A stretch of 62,850 nucleotides of DNA, filler included, from Nemertoderma westbladi (taxonomy: Eukaryota; Animalia; Xenacoelomorpha), in NCBI GenBank assembly GCA_032718475.1. It is 4 parts of 4 records of this genome, joined end to end, with 100 filler letters (N's around TTAATTAATTAA, not from the genome) between each part and the next. Parts side by side here need not be neighbours in the genome. Positions count along the whole stretch, not along the records: positions 32,071 to 52,353 come from JAUCBJ010003733.1; positions 52,454 to 59,247 come from JAUCBJ010005762.1; positions 59,348 to 62,850 come from JAUCBJ010003053.1; 1 more part is not named here. One strand, 5' to 3'. A program made the position numbers and the translations under genes. Shown piece by piece: positions 49,506 to 62,850 of this stretch. The notes beneath the pieces were generated by a model that was not told the origin of the DNA, made no database searches, and was given only the letters and a program-made list of their open reading frames with translations. Numbering within the stretch: position 1 is the first letter of the stretch; each line of letters starts with the position of its first letter.

Positions 49506-51214
49506 GAGGGGTAGGGGGTGTCTGGGTGGGTTGTTAGTATTAGGGTGCACAATATCGACGCACGCGCAGGAATGTGTTGATGTTTAATAGCACCGCATTC
49601 CCGCGTTAGAAAGCATCCCCAATTGGAATAAATAAATAAATTAAACGCGTTTCGTTATGTTCCTCGACTTATATTATTCTCTCCACGGACGAGTTATTAG
49701 CTGCTAGGACAGGTAGACCTAGTCCCCCACAACAACGGTCATACCTTCAATCAATCAATCAATTGAGCTCATATGAGCTCGTATATTAGTTTTATTTATA
49801 AATTGAAATCTCACGAATTAATAGGCCTATTAGCTGATTAGTGAACTATCATATGTTAGACCATATATATATATTATATATTGGACCTTATCAAAATAGC
49901 GGTTGTACTGGGGCGGTATATGTTGTTATCTAACCCACTGCAAGCGCATTTGAGGGGCCGGTATGTTTTTAATAACTTCTGGTACAACGGGATGCAGTAT
50001 TACAGCGCCAAGCAGATTTAATCTGATCAGAATATTCCGGACGCTAAGTTCATGACGTCATTCCCGATAAGTCGGGGACTTTACAAAACTCGTGGATAAA
50101 ACCGCGTGTAGCAGAGAGCAGATAAATTGGGTTGAATTGCAAAACAGAATAATATGGAACTGTAAGTGGAACTGCGGCGATTTGGGTTTTTTTGTTATGG
50201 TGAATAGTCAGCCTGTCCGCGATATGTTCAGCTGCCTTTTTAATGGGTTGCAGGTACAAATGAAATACACATTGCAGTTACTAAAATAAAAGTGGCGCAT
50301 ATTATTGTACATTTACAACAACAATTATATAAATGCAATATGCCTGATCCCTATTAATGTACTTTGTACGCCAATTCTGTAATTCAATAACGCAAAGCCG
50401 CGTTTACTGTACAGCAGCACGTAATATATTTGATACTTATTATACTAACTAAACTAACAAACCGGCAAGGCCCGAAATAAATTAACTTTCAGTTAAATAC
50501 AATATACTTGTTTGCTCTGTAAAAATTTAATTAAAAAACAATCCTGCCATTTAATATACCTAATTAGCATGGTTGCGTAAGCAGTATGAATTGGAATGAA
50601 ATTGTGAAATAATTTATTAAACTATTATGTACATTTAGATTAAATAATAATACAGTAAGTTGGCCTACAGAAATAAACATTGATATTCGGAACAGTAAAA
50701 CAATTATTTATTTCATTCATACAACTAACCAGAGAGACTCATAGCTCCAGTGAATATTAACATCCCGACGTTACTTTAGTAATAATATTAATGTCATTGA
50801 ACCCGATACACACACACCTCCAATCAGCCAGTTCAATGGAGAGTGAGTGAATGGATGGCTACTAGCAGCAGCAGCAGTCTGCGTCTTACAAGCAAGGCTG
50901 ACTGAATACCTCAAGTGTTGCTGGGAATCAAGCCAACTTGGATGTTAACCAATAAATGAGCAGTATTTAATGAGAATACATTTTTTATGCCGGTTTAATT
51001 ACTTTAGATCAATTAAAGACACGATTATTAAAGCAAATCACTTGAACTAATTAAAAACTATAATAGAATGGAGTATGCGGATTACATCTGTATATTTTTT
51101 AAGTATAATTATTGAAGTCATATACTGTAAAACAATTAATTTCCGTTAAAAGGCAGGTTGAAAATGGTGTTTTTACCGTAATCAACTTAATTAAATAATT
51201 AACTGCTATTATCT

Positions 51215-51432
51215 TAGCTTCTCGAAGGCCACACGGAAATTCTACTTGGAAAATTTCTAAACTTTTGCCATACAACATGTGTACCAAGTTTGGATAGATT
51301 TCATCAAAGATTGGCCGAGTTATTAACGTTTAAAATTGAACACGACAGAACGACAGAACGACAGAACGACAGAACGACAGGTTGATTAATGGTACCACTA
51401 CGCTAAGGCTCACTCACTTCGTGGCTCGCCCC
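51215..51432 (+). mobile_element. HINE/DINE-1-like element with an (AACGACAG)n repeat
   Basis: Core shared with 13309-13565; about five 8-bp repeats at 51342-51380; GC-rich 3' hairpin-like end. Confidence 0.5.
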
Positions 51433-52353
51433 ACATTTACGGCTCTCAGGGGTAGGTTGTTGTTGTTTTGTAATTCATTCAACTATTAATAATAACTAAT
51501 AATTTATTATTGATAACATGTTGAATAACAGTTAATGAAGGGGTTTGTTAGCGTGGTAGGTTGATTTAAAAAGATACATACAAAAGGACTGACTTATCTA
51601 AACATACATTTTAATTTTTTATTTTGTGTGCATGAGTGGTTTAATATTATTACAATCCCAAGGGTTCCGTACAGTGGCTGCAGATAATAGGGTATTGGCA
51701 GTTGGGAGGCAACTGGTTGTAAATTGAATTATATTCTTTAATCTATTTTTTATTTTTTTAGACGACAATCAAGAAGGTATGTGGGGGCACAATTGTCGCG
51801 GCCTCAAGGGCGATGTCGCTACAGGGGTGTGCGCATGTTACAGGTCAGATTTCCTGCTGTGATAGAGTATGATCCTACCCTACCCGGTAGGATAATTCTA
51901 CCACATGAGTTCTCCTACAGGAGTTATCTTCCATTTTCATTACGCCAGAATGCCGAAAGTAAGTAATTTTAATGTTTCAAGAGTATACAAATTTAATAAT
52001 AGTTCAAATTTAAGTATAAGTAGTAGTACTGAACATAGTAAAGTAGAAACTAGATATTATATATTATTCATTATATTAATATAATCAAAAATTGCTATGT
52101 AAAACAATTAGGCCAACACCCTACTGGTAAACTACAAGTTAGTAAAATGTGAATAAAAATACCCAACAAAGTAAAATGCATTTACTTTATCAATAATATA
52201 ATTAAATCTACAGATTATATATTTTTAGACAAAAACTCAGACTGTATGTAACTCTTGACGAAGCCAGAGCTCATGTCAACCACGAAGTTCAGCTATAAGG
52301 GGACCAGGGATGGTGGGTCTTTGGCAGGGCAAGTCGGCAATGTCGGCCAACTT

Positions 52354-52453
52354 NNNNNNNNNNNNNNNNNNNNNNNNNNNNNNNNNNNNNNNNNNNNTTA
52401 ATTAATTAANNNNNNNNNNNNNNNNNNNNNNNNNNNNNNNNNNNNNNNNNNNN
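52354..52453. other. Artificial 100-bp contig linker
   Basis: N-TTAATTAATTAA-N. Confidence 0.97.
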
Positions 52454-53606
52454 CAGGACATTATGTTACCGACAGTGTTCCTGGACAGGACATTATGTTA
52501 CCGACAGTGTTCCTGGACAGGACATTATGTTACCGACAGTGTTCCTGGACAGGACATTATGTTACCGACAGTGTTCCTGGACAGGACATTATGTTACCGG
52601 AAGTGTTCCTGGACAGGACATTGTTACCGACAGTGTTCCTGGACAGGACATTATGTTACCGGTAGTGTTCCTGGACAGGACATTATGTTACCGACAGTGT
52701 TCCTGGACAGGACATTATGTTACCGGAAGTGTTCCTGGACAGGACATTATGTTACCGGAAGTGTTCCTGGACAGGACATTATGTTACCGGAAGTGTTCCT
52801 GGACAGGACATTATGTTACCGACAGTGTTCCTGGACAGGACATTATGTTACCGACAGTGTTCCTGGACAGGACATTATGTTACCGACAGTGTTCCTGGAC
52901 AGGACATTATGTTACCGGAAGTGTTCCTGGACAGGACATTATGTTACCGACAGTGTTCCTGGACAGGACATTATGTTACCGGTAGTGTTCCTGGACAGGA
53001 CATTATGTTACCGACAGTGTTCCTGGACAGGACATTATGTTACCGACAGTGTTCCTGGACAGGACATTATGTTACCGACAGTGTTCCTGGACAGGACATT
53101 ATGTTACCGACAGTGTTCCTGGACAGGACATTATGTTACCGGAAGTGTTCCTGGACAGGACATTATGTTACCGACAGTGTTCCTGGACAGGACATTATGT
53201 TACCGGAAGTGTTCCTGGACAGGACATTATGTTACCGACAGTGTTCCTGGACAGGACATTATGTTACCGACAGTGTTCCTGGACAGGAAATTATGTTACC
53301 GGCAGAGTTCCTGGACAGGACATTATGTTACCGGCAGTGTTATTGGACAGGACATTATGTTGCCGGCAGTGTTCCTGGACAGGACATTATGTTGCCGGCA
53401 GTGTTCCTGGACAGGACATTATGTTACCGGCAGTGTTCCTGGACAGGATATTATGTTACCGGAAGTGGTCCTGGACAGGACATTATGTTACCGGCAGTGT
53501 TCCTGGACAGGACATTATGTTACCGACAGTGTTCCTGGACAGGACATTATGTTACCGGCAGTGTTCCTGGATAGGACAATATGTTACCGGCAGTGTTCCT
53601 GGATAG
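52454..53606. repeat. 32-bp tandem minisatellite (about 36 copies)
   Basis: Unit CAGGACATTATGTTACCG(AC/GA/GC)AGTGTTCCTGGA. Confidence 0.97.
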
Positions 53607-53814
53607 TTATAGTATGTTCCCAAAAAATACAAAAGTAGATTCTTAACAATAATGGGAACATAGAGTATTACAAATAATTTCGCGAGATTCTTGATACTAA
53701 TAATAATAACCATATAGATTAGATAGTATAGATTAGCGGTAGTCAGAATATCGTTTTAAATGTTGATATGTTTATTAGTATTTTAAATTTTTATTTGTAT
53801 TTGTATGCAAAATA

Positions 53815-53945
53815 CAATTATATTACTGAAATCTTTAAAATCATAAAAGGTATTACTTTAAGTCAACAAAAAATAAAAATAATTACTTTTTTGTTGACTT
53901 AAATTAATAACTTTGATGATTTTAAAGATTTTAGTAATATAATTG
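53815..53945. repeat. AT-rich inverted repeat (foldback)
   Basis: 59-bp arms CAATTATATTACT...GTCAACAAAAAA and TTTTTTGTTGAC...GTAATATAATTG, with 4 mismatches. Confidence 0.85.
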
Positions 53946-54333
53946 CTGAATAATATCAGTATAAACTTACCAATTTTAATGTATTTTATTGTCCCTGGTG
54001 CCATAAATATTGACGGTTTCAGAGCCGCAGCTAACCTGTTAAAGACATTCTATATATTACTGTCTGTCCAATTATGTAAAGTTTTAATATGAATTTTGTT
54101 GTTATGTTTGTATCTACAGTACTCTATATTTATGGCGTAAAAACAATCAATCAATCAATACTCTATTCGAAATGATTACTTGTCCTTAATGGGATAATAA
54201 TTTACTGCAAATCATCACTATCCGGGCACCATCCTTTTTTCGACTTTATGCAACTTATTTTTTCGCAATATTTTTAATTTTATCAGAATTTAAAATTAAT
54301 TGAAAAAAAAACAATATTGATTGAATTAACGTT

Positions 54334-54495
54334 GTTGGGCGAGTCAAAACTGCGAGCCATCAGCGAACTGTTATAATTATACTATGGCCGTTTTCTAAAT
54401 GTGTGTGTAGGTGTGTCAGTGTGTGTGTCGGAAGCCAATATCTAACTAGCCATAGTATTATAATTGTTCGCTAAGATGGCTTGCAGCTTTTGCTG
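54334..54495. mobile_element. Short Helentron/HINE-like element with an inverted repeat around a (GT)n-like tract
   Basis: AAAACTGCGAGCCATC-AGCGAAC...ATACTATGGC pairs with GCCATAGTAT...GTTCGCTAAGATGGCTTGCAGCTTTT. Confidence 0.45.
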
Positions 54496-55083
54496 CACGA
54501 AGTCCCCACGCCCACTCGTGTACTGTACTGTCTAAGAAAATAATATTGGAACATAAAGCCTGGGAACATACTGTCCGTCTACCGAGTTTGTGTGGAAAAA
54601 TACACTAAAGGGTACTTTTATTCAAGAATTCAATAAAAATTGAATTCAATGTTACATTGCAAAGGTGTAGTAGTGTTACAACTATACAATACACGAAACA
54701 TTTGTTGACTATATCATTGTGTTCCTATATCTGAATCACAGTGTAGTCTTTATACTCAGTTTCAATACCGGTACACACTCATTCTAAGCGGATCATCACA
54801 ATTACAATGCAGAGCAGTTATTAATATTAGCCAACTTAATTTAATAACCAACAACTTTATTTAATAACCAACAACTTAATTTAAAGTTTTAATTTTCGGC
54901 ATTATGTGCATGGCGAGAAGTTGGATATCTTAAAAATTTTAACATTTACAAAGTCGCACTAAATTCAGAAAAATGTAACATCAGGAAAAACTAAAAAGGA
55001 TAGCTTTTTATGGAATCCCCAGAACTCTGATCCTTACCGCAGCACACATCCGCAATAGGGAATGCTAAATATCTGTCCAAGTC

Positions 55084-56271
55084 CTACAAATCATTATCGG
55101 TCAACCCGCTGGTGTCCGCTTGGGCAGATTTCTGTATTGCTGCGTCACTTGAACTGCCAACCCTACTCGACTCCTCCCTACTCCTAGATCGCTTTCGCTC
55201 CTCTCGGCTCCTCCGATCCCTACTGCGTGACCTCCGCATGCCTTCCCTCTCCCTGTCCCGGCCCTCCCTGTCACGACCATCCCTGTCCCGACCCTCCCTG
55301 TCCCGACCCTCCCTGTCCCTTCCATCCCGACTACGAGATCTTTTTCTCTCCTCTCGACTACGAGATCTCCTTCGGTGGCCACTCCTTCCATGACGCCTCT
55401 GATAACCCGGAGATCGGGACCGCCTTGAGTAACGTTCCTCAGTTCTGTATCGTTCCTCTGTCCTGTGCCTTTCCTCGTTTCTGTACCTCCCGGAGACTCT
55501 TCCCCTGTCCTCATCGAATTCTCCACCAACCAACCCCGACCCAACAGCCTCCCGCTCTTTACGTTTTTTTTCCACCAGCGCCTCCAACTCGGGAAGTTTA
55601 TCACGAATCTTTATGAAGCCAAGATGGAGTTTCCCACCGAAGTGGTCTGCCAGTCTGCGGTCGTTGTCAAGGAGGCCGAGGTAAGCGGCGCATACATCGC
55701 AAACCCGAAGCTTCTGCTGCTGGTACGAGGATGCCGGCATTGTTTGCCTGAAGTTTGATTCTGCTTCTTGTTTCTTTATCTTGGCAACTTCTACCTCATT
55801 CATTAGCTTCATACACCTATCGACATTACCTTCCACCCCAACCCGCTCAGCTTCTGCTAACTTCTTTCCAATTTCCTCCCCTAACTTATGAATACTCTCA
55901 ACTTGAACCTCCAACTCCAAGCTCAGGCTCTCTTGAGTTTCTGCCAGTTTCTTTCTGTTTTCCGCGACTTTCCGGTCACAGTCTGACAGGAACTTTCGCA
56001 CCGCAAACAACGCGTCCACTTCGTATTTGTAGTCGCGCCGTTTCGATGCCATTTCGTAGTCGGCTCGCAGTGCGAGGTCGTGCACTTTCCGACAGTGTCC
56101 CAACTCATACCGTGTGCTCTGCAGGTAGTCGTGGGGACACGCGTCCAACAGGAAGGCCCGACAGACACGCTCGTCCGAGAAGTGGTACCTGGTTTCCTGT
56201 TCTTCCCGTCCGTCTCGGGATGTTCCCATCAGGGTGTCTAACATGTCTCGGATATGGTTGGTGGCCGCCAT
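55084..56271 (-). CDS. LUC7L: Luc7-like U1 snRNP splicing factor (LUC7L/LUC7L2 type), single coding exon
   Basis: MLDTLMGTSRDG, C3H finger VCRAFLLDACPHD...CRKVH, U1-type finger QQQKLRVCDVCAAYLGLLDNDRRLADHFGGKLH, and an RS/RE/RD-rich tail. Confidence 0.95.
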   Translation of the reverse strand: MAATNHIRDMLDTLMGTSRDGREEQETRYHFSDERVCRAFLLDACPHDYLQSTRYELGHCRKVHDLALRADYEMASKRRDYKYEVDALFAVRKFLSDCDRKVAENRKKLAETQESLSLELEVQVESIHKLGEEIGKKLAEAERVGVEGNVDRCMKLMNEVEVAKIKKQEAESNFRQTMPASSYQQQKLRVCDVCAAYLGLLDNDRRLADHFGGKLHLGFIKIRDKLPELEALVEKKRKEREAVGSGLVGGEFDEDRGRVSGRYRNEERHRTEERYRTEERYSRRSRSPGYQRRHGRSGHRRRSRSREERKRSRSRDGRDREGRDREGRDRDGRDREGRDREREGMRRSRSRDRRSREERKRSRSREESSRVGSSSDAAIQKSAQADTSGLTDNDL

Positions 56272-56530
56272 ATCAGATTATCTCGTTCTCTCCTGAATTC
56301 AGGTTCCTGTGTTGTATTCAGCACAACCAGGCAGCATACAGTGATAGTGGATAGGCCAACCAGGATCCAGACATACAAGATAGAAATCTGGAAATAATGA
56401 ACTAAAGTCCTGAAGTACGGTATAAAGGCGAAAGGTAGTCAGGTCATACAGACAATCAGTTCAGTTAGGCCTACACAGTCCAGCAGTCTGCTGGTTTGAC
56501 AGTTCACAGCTTTGTTGAAGTACCTACGAG

Positions 56531-57159
56531 CCAGGCTGCAAACCACCACTGAACCGCGCACAACGCCCGCGCACAATTTTTCAGCCGCGCAATATTTGAC
56601 AATATACCGCGCATGGACTGAAAAAACGCGCACACCAAGCTGAAAAACAATTCAATTCACTTCACACAAACATACCGTAGTGCCGTACGAATAAATAAAT
56701 AAATCAAAAGAAGTATTATTTAGGCCTATCAGCCTATTAACGTAAAGAAATAAAAAAATGAATTTAAGCAATGCAAAATGAAAAAAAATGTGAGCGAAAT
56801 TATTCATTTTAGCAATGTCTGAATGTAAAATTCAGTAGGTCTAAAATGAAAATAAAACGCGAGCGAAGCGAGCGATATTTTTTATTTTAACAATACAAAA
56901 TGGAAAATAAACGCGAGCGAAGCCAGTAAAATGTTTTTATGGCTAATTATTTTTCTCATTAAATTGCAGTTTTGCACACACTTTAGGCCTATAACTTTTT
57001 TTACACCTCATCCGCGCACTTTGACTTTTAATATTTTGCACAGATTACCGCGCACTTTTGGTGTTTTTCACATAGGCCTAATTCCGCGCACTTTTACCGC
57101 GCACTATTTCAAAACCGCGCACAACGCGTTGCGATTTTTGCACTCCATTTGCAGCCTGG
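56531..57159. mobile_element. hAT-type MITE, 629 bp
   Basis: TIRs CCAGGCTGCAAA and TTTGCAGCCTGG, perfect 8-bp TSD CCTACGAG (56523-56530 and 57160-57167), and CCGCGCAC subterminal repeats. Confidence 0.88.
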
Positions 57160-58209
57160 CCTACGAGGCTTCCTGGAAAACACGCAACAGCGCAACGGCG
57201 CAACAGCACAACAGCCCTATTGCCTATAACATATAACCAATGAACAACATTGGCGCAACAGCACAACAACCTAAGATTTGTTTATACATTCCACTCTAAT
57301 TCCATTGGCTTGTACATTCTGTTGCGTTCTATATGGCATTCCATTTCTGAAGTGCCAATGGCTGGATGGCGCAACAAGCAGAGAACAGGATAAGTTGGGC
57401 CTACAAATACATGAAAATACTGGTTATTGATTAGCTGACAGGAAGTAGTCAGGCTGTCAGGTAGTGCTGTAGTGTTGGCAACGCACAGGCAGGGTAAATC
57501 TTTTCGACCTACGAGTAGTTCGCAACATTGGGTCATACATCACCAGTTTCAGAGTTTTAACATTAACTACGCGTAGTTCAGTCGGGTACATGACATAAAA
57601 TTAAATAAAGTCAAAATTTAAATATTTCCTTTTAAATTTAAACTCTTTTTTAAATTTGAGTATTTTCATAAATCTTTGAAAATGTTAGTTATCAAAATTA
57701 CTCAATTGCGATATTTTAAGGAAAATTACATACATTAGGACAGACAGACATATTTGGCAAGTGATAATAAGTGTTTTTGGCCTTTAGTGTTAACAAATTC
57801 CATGTTTTAGGAGGCCTATCTGTACTGTGGTACACAATACAGCAATAGACGTTGACTGAATAAGTACTGTAGTGTATCTGCTAGGCAATTTGATATTCAT
57901 TAGGCTACAATATACAGGCCAAACTGTCTGAATTCCTAATCAAGGTATATTCTGATATTAACAAGCAATGGCGGCGCATTTAACTTAAGGAAGAAGTAAA
58001 GGTGTTTGTATGGATACCAAGTTGTTGTTGTATTATTCATAATTACAATATGGAAAAGTGGCATAACGTACAATATAAATTGGTCCCTTTAAAAGCTTCA
58101 AAACAAATAAAGATGTCTTACCTTAAATTATTTGTTAATAGGAAACTCGTTCCTAATCCCACCATGAGACGAACGACACAAAAAGTATGTTCTCGGTGTA
58201 TACATCAGG

Positions 58210-58690
58210 TTGAATACAACGTCCAGCTCCTTCTCTAAGACGTCCTACCCTTCTGTACTCCCAGGATTTACCTCCCTCAAGATGGGTGACAATGTCCATT
58301 TGTATGCTGATTCCCCCCGCGCTGGCGCTCGCCCACAATATTTCATCAGTGCCATTAATAACACGTGGTGTTCTGTTTGCAAGTTCGCAGGCAGCCAGCT
58401 CCGCGCGCACACATACCACGTCCACCAAGCTGAGTGTTTCCTCATGCCTCACCTCCAGCCGCCTTCCACACTCCATAGTCTACGCCGAGGATTCCGATTC
58501 TGAAGCCGATGAGTTTCCCATACTCAGCGCCCTCGCTACTCCCAATGTGGCACCCCCTATAGCACCCCAACTAGCCATTGACTCCGCACCAAAGTTAGAT
58601 GACATCCCTGAGCAGCAATCGGATGCTACTATTCCGCCTTACCCACCCCACACCCTCCCTCGCAGAGAGCGTTGTACTTGCTCCTTCTAA
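58210..58690 (+). pseudogene. Gypsy-like pol (post-integrase) C-terminal fragment
   Basis: MGDNVHLYAD...ARPQYFI...WCSVCKFAGSQLRAHTYHVHQAEC followed by a Pro-rich tail ending LPRRER. Frameshifted. Confidence 0.55.
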
Positions 58691-58738
58691 TCACTATTAA
58701 AGCTCGTAAAATTTTCGAATTTTATTTGCTTACCCACA

Positions 58739-58791
58739 GCCATATAGCTCAGTTGGTAGTGCGCCCCACCTACGACCTCTCGGTCCCAAGG
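58739..58791 (+). mobile_element. Truncated tRNA-derived SINE head
   Basis: GCCATATAGCTCAGTTGGTAGTGCG (A box/D arm); the sequence breaks off before any B box. Confidence 0.4.
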
Positions 58792-59247
58792 ATGATAAAG
58801 TATTATTTTTGCACAGAATTTTTGTGTGTAGCAATTTAGTATCACTTTCTTGGTTTTGCTTAGATACAATTTTTTACGCTAGTTTAGTTATGTTTCGCTT
58901 TGAAGAACTATGCTATAACCCTGCAGTAGGCTAGCTTGTTGTCTCTAGGTACACATGATTTTAATACATTTACGTTCCTCTACAATTAGACTGATTTTCT
59001 ATTTACTAAACAGGAAAGAAAAGGCAAAAGAAATTGATCCATGCCCGTCTGTATGTGAGCCTGACGGTATACGAGTTGGCTCAGTGATTACTTGTACTGC
59101 ACCACAAGATCGTAGTGATCTCCAGCCGTGAGCTGCTTACTGGTCTGTTGTTGTGTTTACCTGCCTGCATTGCGTTTGATATAAATTACGCTCTATAATA
59201 AGTGGTTATTATTCTTGTTGCTCACTTACCCCACTTCTATTGTGGGT

Positions 59248-59347
59248 NNNNNNNNNNNNNNNNNNNNNNNNNNNNNNNNNNNNNNNNNNNNTTAATTAAT
59301 TAANNNNNNNNNNNNNNNNNNNNNNNNNNNNNNNNNNNNNNNNNNNN
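59248..59347. other. Artificial 100-bp contig linker
   Basis: N-TTAATTAATTAA-N. Confidence 0.97.
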
Positions 59348-60960
59348 ATCAGCAGAGTACCGTTTCCAACACAACCAGGGATATCAGAGAGTACCGTATC
59401 CAACACAACCAGGGATATCAGCAGAGTACCGTTTCCAACACAACCAGGGATATCAGAGAGTACCGCATCCAACACAACCAGGGATATCAGAGAGTACCGT
59501 ATCCAACACAACCAGGGATATCAGCAGAGTACCGTATCCAACACAACCAGGGATATCAGCAGAGTACCGAATCCAACACAACCAGGGATATCAGATAGTA
59601 CCGTATCCAACACAACCAGGGATATCAGCAGAGTACCGTATCCAACACAACCAGGGATATCAGAGAGTACCGTATCCAACACAACCAGGGGTATCAGAGA
59701 GTACCGTATACAACACAACCAGGGATATCAGAGAGTACCGTATCCAACACAACCAGGGATAATCAGAGAGTACCGTATCCAACACAACCAGGGATATCAG
59801 AGAGTACCGTATCCAACACAACCAGTGATGATATCAGAGAGTACCGTATCCAACACAACCAGGGATATCAGAGAGTGCCGTATCCAACACAATCAGGGAT
59901 ATCAGAGAGTACCGTATCCAACACAACCAGGGGTATCAGAGAGTACCGCATACAACACAACCAGGGATATCAGAGAGTACCGTATCCAACACAACCAGGG
60001 ATATCAGAGAGTACCGTATCCAACACAACCAGGGATATCAGAGAGTACCTTATCCAACACAACCAGGGATAATCAGAGAGTGCCGTATCCAACACAATCA
60101 GGGATATCAGAGAGTACCGTATCCAACACAACCAGGGATGATATCAGAGAGTACCGTATCCAACACAACCAGGGATATCAGCAGAGTACCGTATCCAACA
60201 CAACCAGGGATATCAGAGAGTGCCGTATCCAACACAATCAGGGATATCAGAGAGTACCGTATCCAACACAACCAGGGATAATCAGAGAGTACCGTATCCA
60301 ACACAATCAGGGATATCAGAGAGTACCGTATCCAACACAACCAGGGATGATATCAGAGAGTACCGTATCCAACACAACCAGGGATATCAGAGAGTGCCGT
60401 ATCCAACACAATCAGGGATATCAGAGAGTACCGTATCCAACACAACCAGGGGTATCAGAGAGTACCGTATCCAACACAACCAGGGATAATCAGAGAGTAC
60501 CGTATCCAACACAACCAGGGATGATATCAGAGAGTACCGTATCCAACACAACCAGGGATATCAGAGAGTGCCGTATCCAACACAATCAGGGATATCAGAG
60601 AGTAACGTATCCAACACAACCATGGATATCAGAGAGTACCGTATCCAACACAACCGGGATATCAGCAGAGTACCGTATCCAACACAACCAGGGATAACAG
60701 AGAGTACCGTATCCAACACAACCAGGGGTATCAGAGAGTAACGTATCCAACACAACCATGGATATCAGAGAGTACCGTATCCAACACAACCAGGGATATC
60801 AGAGAGTACCGTATCCAACACAACCAGGGATATCAGAGAGTACCGTATCCAACACAACCAGGAATATCAGAGAGTACCGCATCCAACACAACCAGGGATA
60901 TCAGAGAGTACCGTATCCAACACAACCAGGAATATCAGAGAGTACCGTATCCAACACAAC
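59348..60960. repeat. 34-bp tandem minisatellite (about 47 copies)
   Basis: Unit ATCAGAGAGTACCGTATCCAACACAACCAGGGAT with 35- and 37-bp variants. Confidence 0.97.
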
Positions 60961-61754
60961 TGTAATAGCGAGTGGTACAATCACAAACTGAACACTGTTA
61001 GTAGTCCGGCATATACCTGCCGTTTTTTTTTCACTGCGAGCATATTGTAAATGTTTTGGGTGATTTTGGTACGACATTTTATTGCGATCAATAATCCCAC
61101 TGATGTCCAGCTTGTATAATTGAGGATTTTAAGTAATTTTCTATTAAAAAAATTGTCCCCAGGAACGGTAAAGATAATTCATCCACTTACTTCTATATTT
61201 TGGGAATACATTTAAGTTGGAAATTAACAAATGGTGCATGATTCCATTACGGTACAATTAAACCTACATCACCGGAATCCTGATCTTATGACGCATTTTT
61301 CATTTCAGTGACACCTCACATATTATTGCTGGCCTGGAGACGATTATTTAAAGTCTAGTTATAAAAAGTAAAGACTGGAAGTTGAATTTAATACACCCAT
61401 TGCAATTGTTGTGGAATGGTTTATTTAAATATATATATAAGATATATACAACCAGAAATTTAAGATTTATGTTGTTGCGTGTTGCAATGGTATCTTATTG
61501 AATTAATTGTTAAAATTAATTTAATTGTACAAAACTTCACTGCGGTTACTATATAGCACACTTTTTAATTTAAAACCGGGGCTACTCCCATTGGAATAAT
61601 AGTGAATGAAAACGTTCTGGAACACTACCCTGTGGAATCGAAAATCGTATTGCCTTTTTGCATATAAAGTCATCCGGTGTAGAATTTGGTAACTTTTATG
61701 AAAATCTCCAACGATGCCAGTTGGGTATTGGTCGGATTATTGATGACAACAACA

Positions 61755-62849
<1,095 letters not shown>

Positions 62850-62850
62850 C

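Noticed and set aside
51762-51958. Possible exon (good acceptor and GTAAGT donor; CGGTIV trypsin-like word in one frame)
   Set aside because: The trypsin-like frame stops and lacks TAAHC, and the open frame has no recognisable domain. It cannot be supported without transcripts.
52463-53638. Long repetitive ORFs in three frames
   Set aside because: They arise from a stop-free 32-bp monomer cycling through frames; indels do not preserve frame.
55101-56354. Overlapping and antisense ORFs around the LUC7-like gene
   Set aside because: They are shadow frames of a GC-rich, low-complexity coding region.
59296-60991. Repetitive ORFs on both strands
   Set aside because: They are by-products of the 34-bp minisatellite and its frame-breaking variants.

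Overview
Repeat-rich, AT-rich eukaryotic (invertebrate animal-type) genomic DNA, broken into four pieces by three 100-bp N linkers that each contain TTAATTAATTAA, so adjacency across them is not guaranteed. Host genes: four phase-compatible spliced exons of a class A GPCR (end of TM3 to helix 8, + strand, 3841-14295, mostly absent from the ORF track), one Ig I-set exon (34603-34734), a single-exon LUC7-like gene (55084-56271, -) and a very long first exon of the mitochondrial Rho GTPase Miro (61755-62840, -). Most of the remainder is transposon-derived: a BEL/Pao Gag-Pol ORF cut by a gap, RTE-like and other LINE fragments, Harbinger, pogo-like (PHD tail) and ARL14EP/Sola2-like transposase relics, a Gypsy-like pol tail, MITEs, tRNA-derived SINEs, four long tandem arrays (40, 20, 32, 34 bp) and a shorter ~68-bp array. 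There are also degraded alpha-kinase and RNF8-like RING fragments among the TE relics. The best candidate for an unusual system is a ~200-bp TSD-flanked element (14385-14587, -) in which a minimal type I hammerhead ribozyme sits between the A box and B box of a tRNA-like Pol III promoter. All family assignments come from manual translation and motif recognition; no database searches were run.
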